Positions 19,532 to 41,302 of a stretch of 64,000 bases of DNA are shown here, one piece after another. Position 1 is the stretch's first letter. Each line of letters starts with the position of its first letter. The translations under genes were made by a program, and so were the position numbers. This DNA is from the human T2T-CHM13v2.0 reference genome, Homo sapiens. A model generated the notes under the pieces. It was given only the letters and a program-made list of their open reading frames with translations, was not told the DNA's origin and made no database searches. Where the stretch lies: the NCBI RefSeq assembly GCF_009914755.1, contig NC_060948.1; one strand, 5' to 3'.

Positions 19532-21636
19532 AGATCCATATTTTTTAAATGAAAAAAAATTTCAAAGGTACTCTGCTTGGTACAATAATCAAATGTATAA
19601 ACTGAGGAATAAAACATAACCATGAAACCTACTTATAAGTGCATATGGAAAATACAGAGGATAATTTTTTAAATAACATATTTTGAAAGCCTTAACTAGT
19701 AATTTGAAGAGTTGGCATTTGAAAGGCCAGTATGAATATACCTTCAAAGCAGCAACACAGGTTCCCCATGAGAAAAAGCAAACTCAGGGAAAATAAAACC
19801 ACAAAGGTTCAATCTCTTCTGACCTTTGAAAGACACAGCACAGACAGTGGTCCTTAGGACGAAGAGCAGGAGACCCCTAATTCCGTCACCATGGCGATAG
19901 GGCATAAACACTGCTGGGTGAGGGCACAATCCACATTGTGAGGTCCAACTGCTGCCAGGAAGACAGGAGTGCTTTTACATAGACCGAAAGGTCATTGAAG
20001 GCTCAGAGTTTTGTTTCAAGAACTGAATCCCAAGCCCACACGTTATTAGGCTGCGCTTCTTAAAACAAGTTATGAGATGGGAAAAAGGGCACCCACAAAC
20101 ATACGTATACATTATGCATATAATAATATACAGTATCATATATATAATATATATAACCTATGTATAATATTGTTTTACATCCTGCATCTTATATTATATA
20201 TATTGTATGAAATATAATAATTGATAATATATAAGTTTTATATTTATACAATATGACATATAGTATATATTATAATTTATGACATATATAATATATGTTA
20301 TATATCATATATAGAATATATTATACGGTTAATATACGTATTAAATATAAATTATACATTATATGTATTATATATAATATATCTGCTATATATAATACCC
20401 ATTATGCATAATATATATATTATGTCTATGTTATGTATAGTATAAAACAACATATAATAATATATAATTGTATATATAAAATGCGACATATAATATATAT
20501 TATATTTTATGACATCTGTAATATATATTATATATTATATATAATACGTTGTATGTATAATACCTATATTAAATATATATTATATGACTATGTTATTAAT
20601 TACATGTCACATATGTTATATATTATATAGTTTACATAGAATATACCGGTTACATACAATATATACTATGTTACCTATAATGTATAATTTATTACATGTA
20701 AAATAAAGAATGCAATATATTATGTGTAATTTATAATATACAATATGTGGAATGTGATATATATAACATATAATATATGATATATGATATACAGTATATG
20801 ATATATAACATATAATATATGATACCTAATATATATGATATACAATATATATTTTATGATATGTATTCTACATGTTTTATATTCTGTTATATATAACTAT
20901 TTGAAATTATATATAACTGTATAATATTTTATGTAAATATGTAATATAATATATATAACTATATAATATATTATATATAACTATATATTATGTTATATAT
21001 ACTTTTATAACTTAATTTACATAAAATATCATAGTATAATATATATTATATTACTTCATATTACATAATATATATTACATATCACCCAATATAAGTAACA
21101 TACATAATATTATAATATACATTATATTAGGTTATATTAAACATCATATATATCATGTATCATATATTCTATAATATATATTATACATTATATAATATGC
21201 ATGTTGTCTATTATGTGATATATATAACTATATATATAATTATATTATTATACATATAACTAGATAAACATGTAATTCTACATATTTTCATTTATAATAT
21301 ATAGAATTACATAATCATATATAATTATTTATATTCTATAAAAAATTATATCATTATATAAATTATAATATATAAAAATTATAATATGTACTACAAATAT
21401 ATATATTATATCTCATATATGATATAGTACCTTTGTTATATATCATAATACATATAAATGTGTATTATGTTATCTATAATTATATAATTTCATATATAAG
21501 ATGTATAATATTTATTATATATTATATATGTTATGTAATATATATAGTATATATAAGATGACACAGGATAAATATTATATACTATGACATATAAAATATA
21601 TGAGGTTATATGTTACATATAAGGCATAGCACATAA

Positions 21637-21951
<315 letters not shown>

Positions 21952-24056
21952 AGATCCATATTTTTTAAATGAAAAAAAATTTCAAAGGTACTCTGCTTGG
22001 TACAATAATCAAATGTATAAACTGAGGAATAAAACATAACCATGAAACCTACTTATAAGTGCATATGGAAAATACAGAGGATAATTTTTTAAATAACATA
22101 TTTTGAAAGCCTTAACTAGTAATTTGAAGAGTTGGCATTTGAAAGGCCAGTATGAATATACCTTCAAAGCAGCAACACAGGTTCCCCATGAGAAAAAGCA
22201 AACTCAGGGAAAATAAAACCACAAAGGTTCAATCTCTTCTGACCTTTGAAAGACACAGCACAGACAGTGGTCCTTAGGACGAAGAGCAGGAGACCCCTAA
22301 TTCCGTCACCATGGCGATAGGGCATAAACACTGCTGGGTGAGGGCACAATCCACATTGTGAGGTCCAACTGCTGCCAGGAAGACAGGAGTGCTTTTACAT
22401 AGACCGAAAGGTCATTGAAGGCTCAGAGTTTTGTTTCAAGAACTGAATCCCAAGCCCACACGTTATTAGGCTGCGCTTCTTAAAACAAGTTATGAGATGG
22501 GAAAAAGGGCACCCACAAACATACGTATACATTATGCATATAATAATATACAGTATCATATATATAATATATATAACCTATGTATAATATTGTTTTACAT
22601 CCTGCATCTTATATTATATATATTGTATGAAATATAATAATTGATAATATATAAGTTGTATATTTATACAATATGACATATAGTATATATTATAATTTAT
22701 GTCATATATAATATATGTTATATATCATATATAGAATATATTATACGGTTAATATACGTATTAAATATAAATTATACATTATATGTATTATATATAATAT
22801 ATCTGCTATATATAATACCCATTATGCATAATATATATATTATGTCTATGTTATGTATAGTATAAAACAACATATAATAATATATAATTGTATATATAAA
22901 ATGCGACATATAATATATATTATATTTTATGACATCTGTAATATATATTATATATTATATATAATACGTTGTATGTATAATACCTATATTAAATATATAT
23001 TATATGACTATGTTATTAATTACATGTCACATATGTTATATATTATATAGTTTACATAGAATATACCGGTTACATACAATATATACTATGTTACCTATAA
23101 TGTATAATTTATTACATGTAAAATAAAGAATGCAATATATTATGTGTAATTTATAATATACAATATGTGGAATGTGATATATATAACATATAATATATGA
23201 TATATGATATACAGTATATGATATATAACATATAATATATGATACCTAATATATATGATATACAATATATATTTTATGATATGTATTCTACATGTTTTAT
23301 ATTCTGTTATATATAACTATTTGAAATTATATATAACTGTATAATATTTTATGTAAATATGTAATATAATATATATAACTATATAATATATTATATATAA
23401 CTATATATTATGTTATATATACTTTTATAACTTAATTTACATAAAATATCATAGTATAATATATATTATATTACTTCATATTACATAATATATATTACAT
23501 ATCACCCAATATAAGTAACATACATAATATTATAATATACATTATATTAGGTTATATTAAACATCATATATATCATGTATCATATATTCTATAATATATA
23601 TTATACATTATATAATATGCATGTTGTCTATTATGTGATATATATAACTATATATATAATTATATTATTATACATATAACTAGATAAACATGTAATTCTA
23701 CATATTTTCATTTATAATATATAGAATTACATAATCATATATAATTATTTATATTCTATAAAAAATTATATCATTATATAAATTATAATATATAAAAATT
23801 ATAATATGTACTACAAATATATATATTATATCTCATATATGATATAGTACCTTTGTTATATATCATAATACATATAAATGTGTATTATGTTATCTATAAT
23901 TATATAATTTCATATATAAGATGTATAATATTTATTATATATTATATATGTTATGTAATATATATAGTATATATAAGATGACACAGGATAAATATTATAT
24001 ACTATGACATATAAAATATATGAGGTTATATGTTACATATAAGGCATAGCACATAA

Positions 24057-24371
<315 letters not shown>

Positions 24372-26496
24372 AGATCCATATTTTTTAAATGAAAAAAAAT
24401 TTCAAAGGTACTCTGCTTGGTACAATAATCAAATGTATAAACTGAGGAGTAAAACATAACCATGAAACCTACTTATAAGTGCATATGGAAAATACAGAGG
24501 ATAATTTTTTAAATCACATATTTTGAAAGCCTTAACTAGTAATTTGAAGAGTTGGCATTTGAAAGGCCAGTATGAATATACCTTCAAAGCAGCAACACAG
24601 GTTCCCCATGAGAAAAAGCAAACTCAGGGAAAATAAAAACACAAAGGTTCAATCTCTTCTGACCTTTGAAAGACACAGCACAGACAGTGGTCCTTAGGAC
24701 GAAGAGCAGGAGACCCCTAATTCCGTCACCATGGCGATAGGGCATAAACACTGCTGGGTGAGGGCACAATCCACATTGTGAGGTCCAACTGCTGCCAGGA
24801 AGACAGGAGTGCTTTTACATAGACCGAAAGGTCATTGAAGGCTCAGAGTTTTGTTTCAAGAACTGAATCCCAAGCCCACACGTTATTAGGCTGCGCTTCT
24901 TAAAACAAGTTATGAGATGGGAAAAAGGGCACCCACAAACATACGTATACATTATGTATATAATAATATACAGTATCATAAATATAATATATATAACCTA
25001 TGTATAATATTGTTTTACATCCTGCATCTTATATTATATATATTGTATAAAATATAATAATTGATAATATATAAGTTTTATATTTATGCAATATGACATA
25101 TAGTATATATTATAATTTATGACATATATAATATATGTTATGTATCATATATAGAATATATTATACGGTTAATATACGTATTAAATATAAATTATACATT
25201 ATATATATTATATATAATATATCTGCTATATATAATACCCATTATGCATAATATATATATTATGTCTATGTTATGTATAGTATAAAACAACATATAATAA
25301 TATATAATTGTATATATAAAATGCGACATATAATATATATTATATTTTATGACATCTGTAATATATATTATATATTATATATAATACGTTGTATGTATAA
25401 TACCTATATTAAATATATATTATATGACTATGTTATTAATTACATGTCACATATGTTATATATTATATAGTTTACATAGAATATACCGGTTATATACAAT
25501 ATATACTATGTTACCTATAATGTATAATTTATTACATGTAAAATAAAGAATGCAATATATTATGTGTAATTTATTATATACAATATGTGGAATGTGATAT
25601 ATATAACATATAATATATGATATATGATATACAGTATATGATATATAACATACAATATATGATACCTAATATATATGATATACAATATATATTTTATGAT
25701 ATGTATTCTATATGTTTTATATTCTGTTATATATAACTATTTGAAATTATATATAACTGTATATTTTATGTAAATATGTAATATAATATATATAACTATA
25801 TAATATATTATATATAACTATATATTATGTTATATATACTTTTATAACTTAATTTACATAAAATATCATAGTATAATATATATTATATTACTTCACATTA
25901 CATAATATATATTACATATCACCCAATATAAGTAACATACATAATATTATAATATACATTATATTATGTTATATTAAATATCATATATATCATGTATCAT
26001 ATATTCTATAATATATATTATACATTATATAATATGCATGTTGTCTATTATGTGATATATATAACTATATATATAATTATATTATTATACATATAACTAG
26101 ATAAACATGTAATTCTACATATTTTCATTTATAATATATAGAATTACATAATCATATATAATTATTTATATTCTATAAAAAATTATATCATTATATAAAT
26201 TATAATATATAAAAATTATAATATGTACTACAAATATATATATTGTATATCATATATGATATAGTACCTTTGTTATATATGATAATACATATAAATGTGT
26301 ATTATGTTATCTATAATTATATAATTTCATATATAAGATGTATAATATTTATTATATATTATATATGTTATGTAATATATATAGTATATATAAGATGACA
26401 CAGGATAAATATTATATACTATGACATATAAAATATATGAGGTTATATGTTACATATAAGGCATAGCACATAACATGTAATATATATCATCTATAA

Positions 26497-26788
<292 letters not shown>

Positions 26789-28893
26789 AGATCCATATTT
26801 TTTAAATGAAAAAAAATTTCAAAGGTACTCTGCTTGGTACAATAATCAAATGTATAAACTGAGGAATAAAACATAACCATGAAACCTACTTATAAGTGCA
26901 TATGGAAAATACAGAGGATAATTTTTTAAATAACATATTTTGAAAGCCTTAACTAGTAATTTGAAGAGTTGGCATTTGAAAGGCCAGTATGAATATACCT
27001 TCAAAGCAGCAACACAGGTTCCCCATGAGAAAAAGCAAACTCAGGGAAAATAAAACCACAAAGGTTCAATCTCTTCTGACCTTTGAAAGACACAGCACAG
27101 ACAGTGGTCCTTAGGACGAAGAGCAGGAGACCCCTAATTCCGTCACCATGGCGATAGGGCATAAACACTGCTGGGTGAGGGCACAATCCACATTGTGAGG
27201 TCCAACTGCTGCCAGGAAGACAGGAGTGCTTTTACATAGACCGAAAGGTCATTGAAGGCTCAGAGTTTTGTTTCAAGAACTGAATCCCAAGCCCACACGT
27301 TATTAGGCTGCGCTTCTTAAAACAAGTTATGAGATGGGAAAAAGGGCACCCACAAACATACGTATACATTATGCATATAATAATATACAGTATCATATAT
27401 ATAATATATATAACCTATGTATAATATTGTTTTACATCCTGCATCTTATATTATATATATTGTATGAAATATAATAATTGATAATATATAAGTTTTATAT
27501 TTATACAATATGACATATAGTATATATTATAATTTATGACATATATAATATATGTTATATATCATATATAGAATATATTATACGGTTAATATACGTATTA
27601 AATATAAATTATACATTATATGTATTATATATAATATATCTGCTATATATAATACCCATTATGCATAATATATATATTATGTCTATGTTATGTATAGTAT
27701 AAAACAACATATAATAATATATAATTGTATATATAAAATGCGACATATAATATATATTATATTTTATGACATCTGTAATATATATTATATATTATATATA
27801 ATACGTTGTATGTATAATACCTATATTAAATATATATTATATGACTATGTTATTAATTACATGTCACATATGTTATATATTATATAGTTTACATAGAATA
27901 TACCGGTTACATACAATATATACTATGTTACCTATAATGTATAATTTATTACATGTAAAATAAAGAATGCAATATATTATGTGTAATTTATAATATACAA
28001 TATGTGGAATGTGATATATATAACATATAATATATGATATATGATATACAGTATATGATATATAACATACAATATATGATACCTAATATATATGATATAC
28101 AATATATATTTTATGATATGTATTCTATATGTTTTATATTCTGTTATATATAACTATTTGAAATTATATATAACTGTATAATATTTTATGTAAATATGTA
28201 ATATAAGATATATAACTATATAATATATTATATATAACTATATATTATGTTATATATACTTTTATAACTTAATTTACATAAAATATCATAGTATAATATA
28301 TATTATATTACTTCATATTACATAATATATATTACATATCACCCAATATAAGTAACATACATAATATTATAATATACATTATATTAGGTTATATTAAACA
28401 TCATATATATCATGTATCATATATTCTATAATATATATTATACATTATATAATATGCATGTTGTCTATTATGTGATATATATAACTATATATATAATTAT
28501 ATTATTATACATATAACTAGATAAACATGTAATTCTACATATTTTCATTTATAATATATAGAATTACATAATCATATATAATTATTTATATTCTATAAAA
28601 AATTATATCATTATATAAATTATAATATACAAAAACTATAATATGTACTACAAATATATATATTATATATCATATATGATATAGTACCTTTGTTATATAT
28701 CATAATACATATAAATGTGTATTATGTTATCTATAATTATATAATTTCATATATAAGATGTATAATATTTATTATATATTATATATGTTATGTAATATAT
28801 ATAGTATATATAAGATGACACAGGATAAATATTATATACTATGACATATAAAATATATGAGGTTATATGTTACATATAAGGCATAGCACATAA

Positions 28894-29208
<315 letters not shown>

Positions 29209-31313
29209 AGATCCATATTTTTTAAATGAAAAAAAATTTCAAAGGTACTCTGCTTGGTACAATAATCAAATGTATAAACTGAGGAATAAAACATAACCAT
29301 GAAACCTACTTATAAGTGCATAAGGAAAATACAGAGGATAATTTTTTAAATAACATATTTTGAAAGCCTTAACTAGTAATTTGAAGAGTTGGCATTTGAA
29401 AGGCCAGTATGAATATACCTTCAAAGCAGCAACACAGGTTCCCCATGAGAAAAAGCAAACTCAGGGAAAATAAAACCACAAAGGTTCAATCTCTTCTGAC
29501 CTTTGAAAGACACAGCACAGACAGTGGTCCTTAGGACGAAGAGCAGGAGACCCCTAATTCCGTCACCATGGCGATAGGGCATAAACACTGCTGGGTGAGG
29601 GCACAATCCACATTGTGAGGTCCAACTGCTGCCAGGAAGACAGGAGTGCTTTTACATAGACCGAAAGGTCATTGAAGGCTCAGAGTTTTGTTTCAAGAAC
29701 TGAATCCCAAGCCCACACGTTATTAGGCTGCGCTTCTTAAAACAAGTTATGAGATGGGAAAAAGGGCACCCACAAACATACGTATACATTATGCATATAA
29801 TAATATACAGTATCATATATATAATATATATAACCTATGTATAATATTGTTTTACATCCTGCATCTTATATTATATATATTGTATGAAATATAATAATTG
29901 ATAATATATAAGTTTTATATTTATACAATATGACATATAGTATATATTATAATATATGACATATATAATATATGTTATATATCATATATAGAATATATTA
30001 TACGGTTAATATACGTATTAAATATAAATTATACATTATATGTATTATATATAATATATCTGCTATATATAATACCCATTATGCATAATATATATATTAT
30101 GTCTATGTTATGTATAGTATAAAACAACATATAATAATATATAATTGTATATATAAAATGCGACATATAATATATATTATATTTTATGACATCTGTAATA
30201 TATATTATATATTATATATAATACGTTGTATGTATAATACCTATATTAAATATATATTATATGACTATGTTATTAATTACATGTCACATATGTTATATAT
30301 TATATAGTTTACATAGAATATACCGGTTACATACAATATATACTATGTTACCTATAATGTATAATTTATTACATGTAAAATAAAGAATGCAATATATTAT
30401 GTGTAATTTATAATATACAATATGTGGAATGTGATATATATAACATATAATATATGATATATGATATACAGTATATGATATATAACATATAATATATGAT
30501 ACCTAATATATATGATATACAATATATATTTTATGATATGTATTCTACATGTTTTATATTCTGTTATATATAACTATTTGAAATTATATATAACTGTATA
30601 ATATTTTATGTAAATATGTAATATAATATATATAACTATATAATATATTATATATAACTATATATTATGTTATATATACTTTTATAACTTAATTTACATA
30701 AAATATCATAGTATAATATATATTATATTACTTCATATTACATAATATATATTACATATCACCCAATATAAGTAACATACATAATATTATAATATACATT
30801 ATATTAGGTTATATTAAACATCATATATATCATGTATCATATATTCTATAATATATATTATACATTATATAATATGCATGTTGTCTATTATGTGATATAT
30901 ATAACTATATATATAATTATATTATTATACATATAACTAGATAAACATGTAATTCTACATATTTTCATTTATAATATATAGAATTACATAATCATATATA
31001 ATTATTTATATTCTATAAAAAATTATATCATTATATAAATTATAATATATAAAAATTATAATATGTACTACAAATATATATATTATATCTCATATATGAT
31101 ATAGTACCTTTGTTATATATCATAATACATATAAATGTGTATTATGTTATCTATAATTATATAATTTCATATATAAGATGTATAATATTTATTATATATT
31201 ATATATGTTATGTAATATATATAGTATATATAAGATGACACAGGATAAATATTATATACTATGACATATAAAATATATGAGGTTATATGTTACATATAAG
31301 GCATAGCACATAA

Positions 31314-31628
<315 letters not shown>

Positions 31629-33753
31629 AGATCCATATTTTTTAAATGAAAAAAAATTTCAAAGGTACTCTGCTTGGTACAATAATCAAATGTATAAACT
31701 GAGGAGTAAAACATAACCATGAAACCTACTTATAAGTGCATATGGAAAATACAGAGGATAATTTTTTAAATCACATATTTTGAAAGCCTTAACTAGTAAT
31801 TTGAAGAGTTGGCATTTGAAAGGCCAGTATGAATATACCTTCAAAGCAGCAACACAGGTTCCCCATGAGAAAAAGCAAACTCAGGGAAAATAAAAACACA
31901 AAGGTTCAATCTCTTCTGACCTTTGAAAGACACAGCACAGACAGTGGTCCTTAGGACGAAGAGCAGGAGACCCCTAATTCCGTCACCATGGCGATAGGGC
32001 ATAAACACTGCTGGGTGAGGGCACAATCCACATTGTGAGGTCCAACTGCTGCCAGGAAGACAGGAGTGCTTTTACATAGACCGAAAGGTCATTGAAGGCT
32101 CAGAGTTTTGTTTCAAGAACTGAATCCCAAGCCCACACGTTATTAGGCTGCGCTTCTTAAAACAAGTTATGAGATGGGAAAAAGGGCACCCACAAACATA
32201 CGTATACATTATGTATATAATAATATACAGTATCATAAATATAATATATATAACCTATGTATAATATTGTTTTACATCCTGCATCTTATATTATATATAT
32301 TGTATAAAATATAATAATTGATAATATATAAGTTTTATATTTATGCAATATGACATATAGTATATATTATAATTTATGACATATATAATATATGTTATAT
32401 ATCATATATAGAATATATTATACGGTTAATATACGTATTAAATATAAATTATACATTATATATATTATATATAATATATCTGCTATATATAATACCCATT
32501 ATGCATAATATATATATTATGTCTATGTTATGTATAGTATAAAACAACATATAATAATATATAATTGTATATATAAAATGCGACATATAATATATATTAT
32601 ATTTTATGACATCTGTAATATATATTATATATTATATATAATACGTTGTATGTATAATACCTATATTAAATATATATTATATGACTATGTTATTAATTAC
32701 ATGTCACATATGTTATATATTATATAGTTTACATAGAATATACCGGTTATATACAATATATACTATGTTACCTATAATGTATAATTTATTACATGTAAAA
32801 TAAAGAATGCAATATATTATGTGTAATTTATTATATACAATATGTGGAATGTGATATATATAACATATAATATATGATATATGATATACAGTATATGATA
32901 TATAACATACAATATATGATACCTAATATATATGATATACAATATATATTTTATGATATGTATTCTATATGTTTTATATTCTGTTATATATAACTATTTG
33001 AAATTATATATAACTGTATATTTTATGTAAATATGTAATATAATATATATAACTATATAATATATTATATATAACTATATATTATGTTATATATACTTTT
33101 ATAACTTAATTTACATAAAATATCATAGTATAATATATATTATATTACTTCACATTACATAATATATATTACATATCACCCAATATAAGTAACATACATA
33201 ATATTATAATATACATTATATTATGTTATATTAAATATCATATATATCATGTATCATATATTCTATAATATATATTATACATTATATAATATGCATGTTG
33301 TCTATTATGTGATATATATAACTATATATATAATTATATTATTATACATATAACTAGATAAACATGTAATTCTACATATTTTCATTTATAATATATAGAA
33401 TTACATAATCATATATAATTATTTATATTCTATAAAAAATTATATCATTATATAAATTATAATATATAAAAATTATAATATGTACTACAAATATATATAT
33501 TGTATATCATATATGATATAGTACCTTTGTTATATATGATAATACATATAAATGTGTATTATGTTATCTATAATTATATAATTTCATATATAAGATGTAT
33601 AATATTTATTATATATTATATATGTTATGTAATATATATAGTATATATAAGATGACACAGGATAAATATTATATACTATGACATATAAAATATATGAGGT
33701 TATATGTTACATATAAGGCATAGCACATAACATGTAATATATATCATCTATAA

Positions 33754-34045
<292 letters not shown>

Positions 34046-36150
34046 AGATCCATATTTTTTAAATGAAAAAAAATTTCAAAGGTACTCTGCTTGGTACAAT
34101 AATCAAATGTATAAACTGAGGAATAAAACATAACCATGAAACCTACTTATAAGTGCATATGGAAAATACAGAGGATAATTTTTTAAATAACATATTTTGA
34201 AAGCCTTAACTAGTAATTTGAAGAGTTGGCATTTGAAAGGCCAGTATGAATATACCTTCAAAGCAGCAACACAGGTTCCCCATGAGAAAAAGCAAACTCA
34301 GGGAAAATAAAACCACAAAGGTTCAATCTCTTCTGACCTTTGAAAGACACAGCACAGACAGTGGTCCTTAGGACGAAGAGCAGGAGACCCCTAATTCCGT
34401 CACCATGGCGATAGGGCATAAACACTGCTGGGTGAGGGCACAATCCACATTGTGAGGTCCAACTGCTGCCAGGAAGACAGGAGTGCTTTTACATAGACCG
34501 AAAGGTCATTGAAGGCTCAGAGTTTTGTTTCAAGAACTGAATCCCAAGCCCACACGTTATTAGGCTGCGCTTCTTAAAACAAGTTATGAGATGGGAAAAA
34601 GGGCACCCACAAACATACGTATACATTATGTATATAATAATATACAGTATCATATATATAATATATATAACCTATGTATAATATTGTTTTACATCTTGCA
34701 ACTTATATTATATATATTGTATGAAATATAATAATTGATAATATATAAGTTTTATATTTATACAATATGACATATAGTATATATTATAATTTATGACATA
34801 TATAATATATGTTATATATCATATATAGAATATATTATACGGTTAATATACGTATTAAATATAAATTATACATTATATGTATTATATATAATATATCTGC
34901 TATATATAATACCCATTATGCATAATATATATATTATGTCTATGTTATGTATAGTATAAAACAACATATAATAATATATAATTGTATATATAAAATGCGA
35001 CATATAATATATATTATATTTTATGACATCTGTAATATATATTATATATTATATATAATACGTTGTATGTATAATACCTATATTAAATATATATTATATG
35101 ACTATGTTATTAATTACATGTCACATATGTTATATATTATATATTTTACATAGAATATACCGGTTACATACAATATATACTACGTTACCTATAATGTATA
35201 ATTTATTACATGTAAAATAAAGAATGCAATATATTATGTGTAATTTATAATATACAATATGTGGAATGTGATATATATAACATATAATATTTGATATATG
35301 ATATACAGTATATGATATATAACATACAATATATGATACCTAATATATATGGTATACAATATATATTTTATGATATGTATTCTATATGTTTTATATTCTG
35401 TTATATATAACTATTTGAAATTATATATAACTGTATAATATTTTATGTAAATATGTAATATAATATATATAACTATATAATATATTATATATAACTATAT
35501 ATTATGTTATATATACTTTTATATCTTAATTTACATAAAATATCATAGTATAATATATATTATATTACTTCATATTACATAATATATATTACATATCACC
35601 CAATATAAGTAACATACATAATATTATAATATACATTATATTAGGTTATATTAAACATCATATATATCATGTATCATATATTCTATAATATATATTATAC
35701 ATTATATAATATGCATGTTGTCTATTATGTGATATATATAACTATATATATAATTATATTATTATACATATAACTAGATAAACATGTAATTCTACATATT
35801 TTCATTTATAATATATAGAATTACATAATCATATATAATTATTTATATTCTATAAAAAATTATATCATTATATAAATTATAATATACAAAAACTATAATA
35901 TGTACTACAAATATATATATTATATATCATATATGATATAGTACCTTTGTTATATATCATAATACATATAAATGTGTATTATGTTATCTATAATTATATA
36001 ATTTCATATATAAGATGTATAATATTTATTATATATTATATATGTTATGTAATATATATAGTATATATAAGATGACACAGGATAAATATTATATACTATG
36101 ACATATAAAATATATGAGGTTATATGTTACATATAAGGCATAGCACATAA

Positions 36151-36465
<315 letters not shown>

Positions 36466-38570
36466 AGATCCATATTTTTTAAATGAAAAAAAATTTCAAA
36501 GGTACTCTGCTTGGTACAATAATCAAATGTATAAACTGAGGAATAAAACATAACCATGAAACCTACTTATAAGTGCATAAGGAAAATACAGAGGATAATT
36601 TTTTAAATAACATATTTTGAAAGCCTTAACTAGTAATTTGAAGAGTTGGCATTTGAAAGGCCAGTATGAATATACCTTCAAAGCAGCAACACAGGTTCCC
36701 CATGAGAAAAAGCAAACTCAGGGAAAATAAAACCACAAAGGTTCAATCTCTTCTGACCTTTGAAAGACACAGCACAGACAGTGGTCCTTAGGACGAAGAG
36801 CAGGAGACCCCTAATTCCGTCACCATGGCGATAGGGCATAAACACTGCTGGGTGAGGGCACAATCCACATTGTGAGGTCCAACTGCTGCCAGGAAGACAG
36901 GAGTGCTTTTACATAGACCGAAAGGTCATTGAAGGCTCAGAGTTTTGTTTCAAGAACTGAATCCCAAGCCCACACGTTATTAGGCTGCGCTTCTTAAAAC
37001 AAGTTATGAGATGGGAAAAAGGGCACCCACAAACATACGTATACATTATGCATATAATAATATACAGTATCATATATATAATATATATAACCTATGTATA
37101 ATATTGTTTTACATCCTGCATCTTATATTATATATATTGTATGAAATATAATAATTGATAATATATAAGTTTTATATTTATACAATATGACATATAGTAT
37201 ATATTATAATATATGACATATATAATATATGTTATATATCATATATAGAATATATTATACGGTTAATATACGTATTAAATATAAATTATACATTATATGT
37301 ATTATATATAATATATCTGCTATATATAATACCCATTATGCATAATATATATATTATGTCTATGTTATGTATAGTATAAAACAACATATAATAATATATA
37401 ATTGTATATATAAAATGCGACATATAATATATATTATATTTTATGACATCTGTAATATATATTATATATTATATATAATACGTTGTATGTATAATACCTA
37501 TATTAAATATATATTATATGACTATGTTATTAATTACATGTCACATATGTTATATATTATATAGTTTACATAGAATATACCGGTTACATACAATATATAC
37601 TACGTTACCTATAATGTATAATTTATTACATGTAAAATAAAGAATGCAATATATTATGTGTAATTTATAATATACAATATGTGGAATGTGATATATATAA
37701 CATATAATATATGATATATGATATACAGTATATGATATATAACATATAATATATGATACCTAATATATATGATATACAATATATATTTTATGATATGTAT
37801 TCTACATGTTTTATATTCTGTTATATATAACTATTTGAAATTATATATAACTGTATAATATTTTATGTAAATATGTAATATAATATATATAACTATATAA
37901 TATATTATATATAACTATATATTATGTTATATATACTTTTATAACTTAATTTACATAAAATATCATAGTATAATATATATTATATTACTTCATATTACAT
38001 AATATATATTACATATCACCCAATATAAGTAACATACATAATATTATAATATACATTATATTAGGTTATATTAAACATCATATATATCATGTATCATATA
38101 TTCTATAATATATATTATACATTATATAATATGCATGTTGTCTATTATGTGATATATATAACTATATATATAATTATATTATTATACATATAACTAGATA
38201 AACATGTAATTCTACATATTTTCATTTATAATATATAGAATTACATAATCATATATAATTATTTATATTCTATAAAAAATTATATCATTATATAAATTAT
38301 AATATATAAAAATTATAATATGTACTACAAATATATATATTATATCTCATATATGATATAGTACCTTTGTTATATATCATAATACATATAAATGTGTATT
38401 ATGTTATCTATAATTATATAATTTCATATATAAGATGTATAATATTTATTATATATTATATATGTTATGTAATATATATAGTATATATAAGATGACACAG
38501 GATAAATATTATATACTATGACATATAAAATATATGAGGTTATATGTTACATATAAGGCATAGCACATAA

Positions 38571-38885
<315 letters not shown>

Positions 38886-41010
38886 AGATCCATATTTTTT
38901 AAATGAAAAAAAATTTCAAAGGTACTCTGCTTGGTACAATAATCAAATGTATAAACTGAGGAGTAAAACATAACCATGAAACCTACTTATAAGTGCATAT
39001 GGAAAATACAGAGGATAATTTTTTAAATCACATATTTTGAAAGCCTTAACTAGTAATTTGAAGAGTTGGCATTTGAAAGGCCAGTATGAATATACCTTCA
39101 AAGCAGCAACACAGGTTCCCCATGAGAAAAAGCAAACTCAGGGAAAATAAAAACACAAAGGTTCAATCTCTTCTGACCTTTGAAAGACACAGCACAGACA
39201 GTGGTCCTTAGGACGAAGAGCAGGAGACCCCTAATTCCGTCACCATGGCGATAGGGCATAAACACTGCTGGGTGAGGGCACAATCCACATTGTGAGGTCC
39301 AACTGCTGCCAGGAAGACAGGAGTGCTTTTACATAGACCGAAAGGTCATTGAAGGCTCAGAGTTTTGTTTCAAGAACTGAATCCCAAGCCCACACGTTAT
39401 TAGGCTGCGCTTCTTAAAACAAGTTATGAGATGGGAAAAAGGGCACCCACAAACATACGTATACATTATGTATATAATAATATACAGTATCATAAATATA
39501 ATATATATAACCTATGTATAATATTGTTTTACATCCTGCATCTTATATTATATATATTGTATAAAATATAATAATTGATAATATATAAGTTTTATATTTA
39601 TGCAATATGACATATAGTATATATTATAATTTATGACATATATAATATATGTTATATATCATATATAGAATATATTATACGGTTAATATACGTATTAAAT
39701 ATAAATTATACATTATATATATTATATATAATATATCTGCTATATATAATACCCATTATGCATAATATATATATTATGTCTATGTTATGTATAGTATAAA
39801 ACAACATATAATAATATATAATTGTATATATAAAATGCGACATATAATATATATTATATTTTATGACATCTGTAATATATATTATATATTATATATAATA
39901 CGTTGTATGTATAATACCTATATTAAATATATATTATATGACTATGTTATTAATTACATGTCACATATGTTATATATTATATAGTTTACATAGAATATAC
40001 CGGTTATATACAATATATACTATGTTACCTATAATGTATAATTTATTACATGTAAAATAAAGAATGCAATATATTATGTGTAATTTATTATATACAATAT
40101 GTGGAATGTGATATATATAACATATAATATATGATATATGATATACAGTATATGATATATAACATACAATATATGATACCTAATATATATGATATACAAT
40201 ATATATTTTATGATATGTATTCTATATGTTTTATATTCTGTTATATATAACTATTTGAAATTATATATAACTGTATATTTTATGTAAATATGTAATATAA
40301 TATATATAACTATATAATATATTATATATAACTATATATTATGTTATATATACTTTTATAACTTAATTTACATAAAATATCATAGTATAATATATATTAT
40401 ATTACTTCACATTACATAATATATATTACATATCACCCAATATAAGTAACATACATAATATTATAATATACATTATATTATGTTATATTAAATATCATAT
40501 ATATCATGTATCATATATTCTATAATATATATTATACATTATATAATATGCATGTTGTCTATTATGTGATATATATAACTATATATATAATTATATTATT
40601 ATACATATAACTAGATAAACATGTAATTCTACATATTTTCATTTATAATATATAGAATTACATAATCATATATAATTATTTATATTCTATAAAAAATTAT
40701 ATCATTATATAAATTATAATATATAAAAATTATAATATGTACTACAAATATATATATTGTATATCATATATGATATAGTACCTTTGTTATATATGATAAT
40801 ACATATAAATGTGTATTATGTTATCTATAATTATATAATTTCATATATAAGATGTATAATATTTATTATATATTATATATGTTATGTAATATATATAGTA
40901 TATATAAGATGACACAGGATAAATATTATATACTATGACATATAAAATATATGAGGTTATATGTTACATATAAGGCATAGCACATAACATGTAATATATA
41001 TCATCTATAA

Positions 41011-41302
<292 letters not shown>
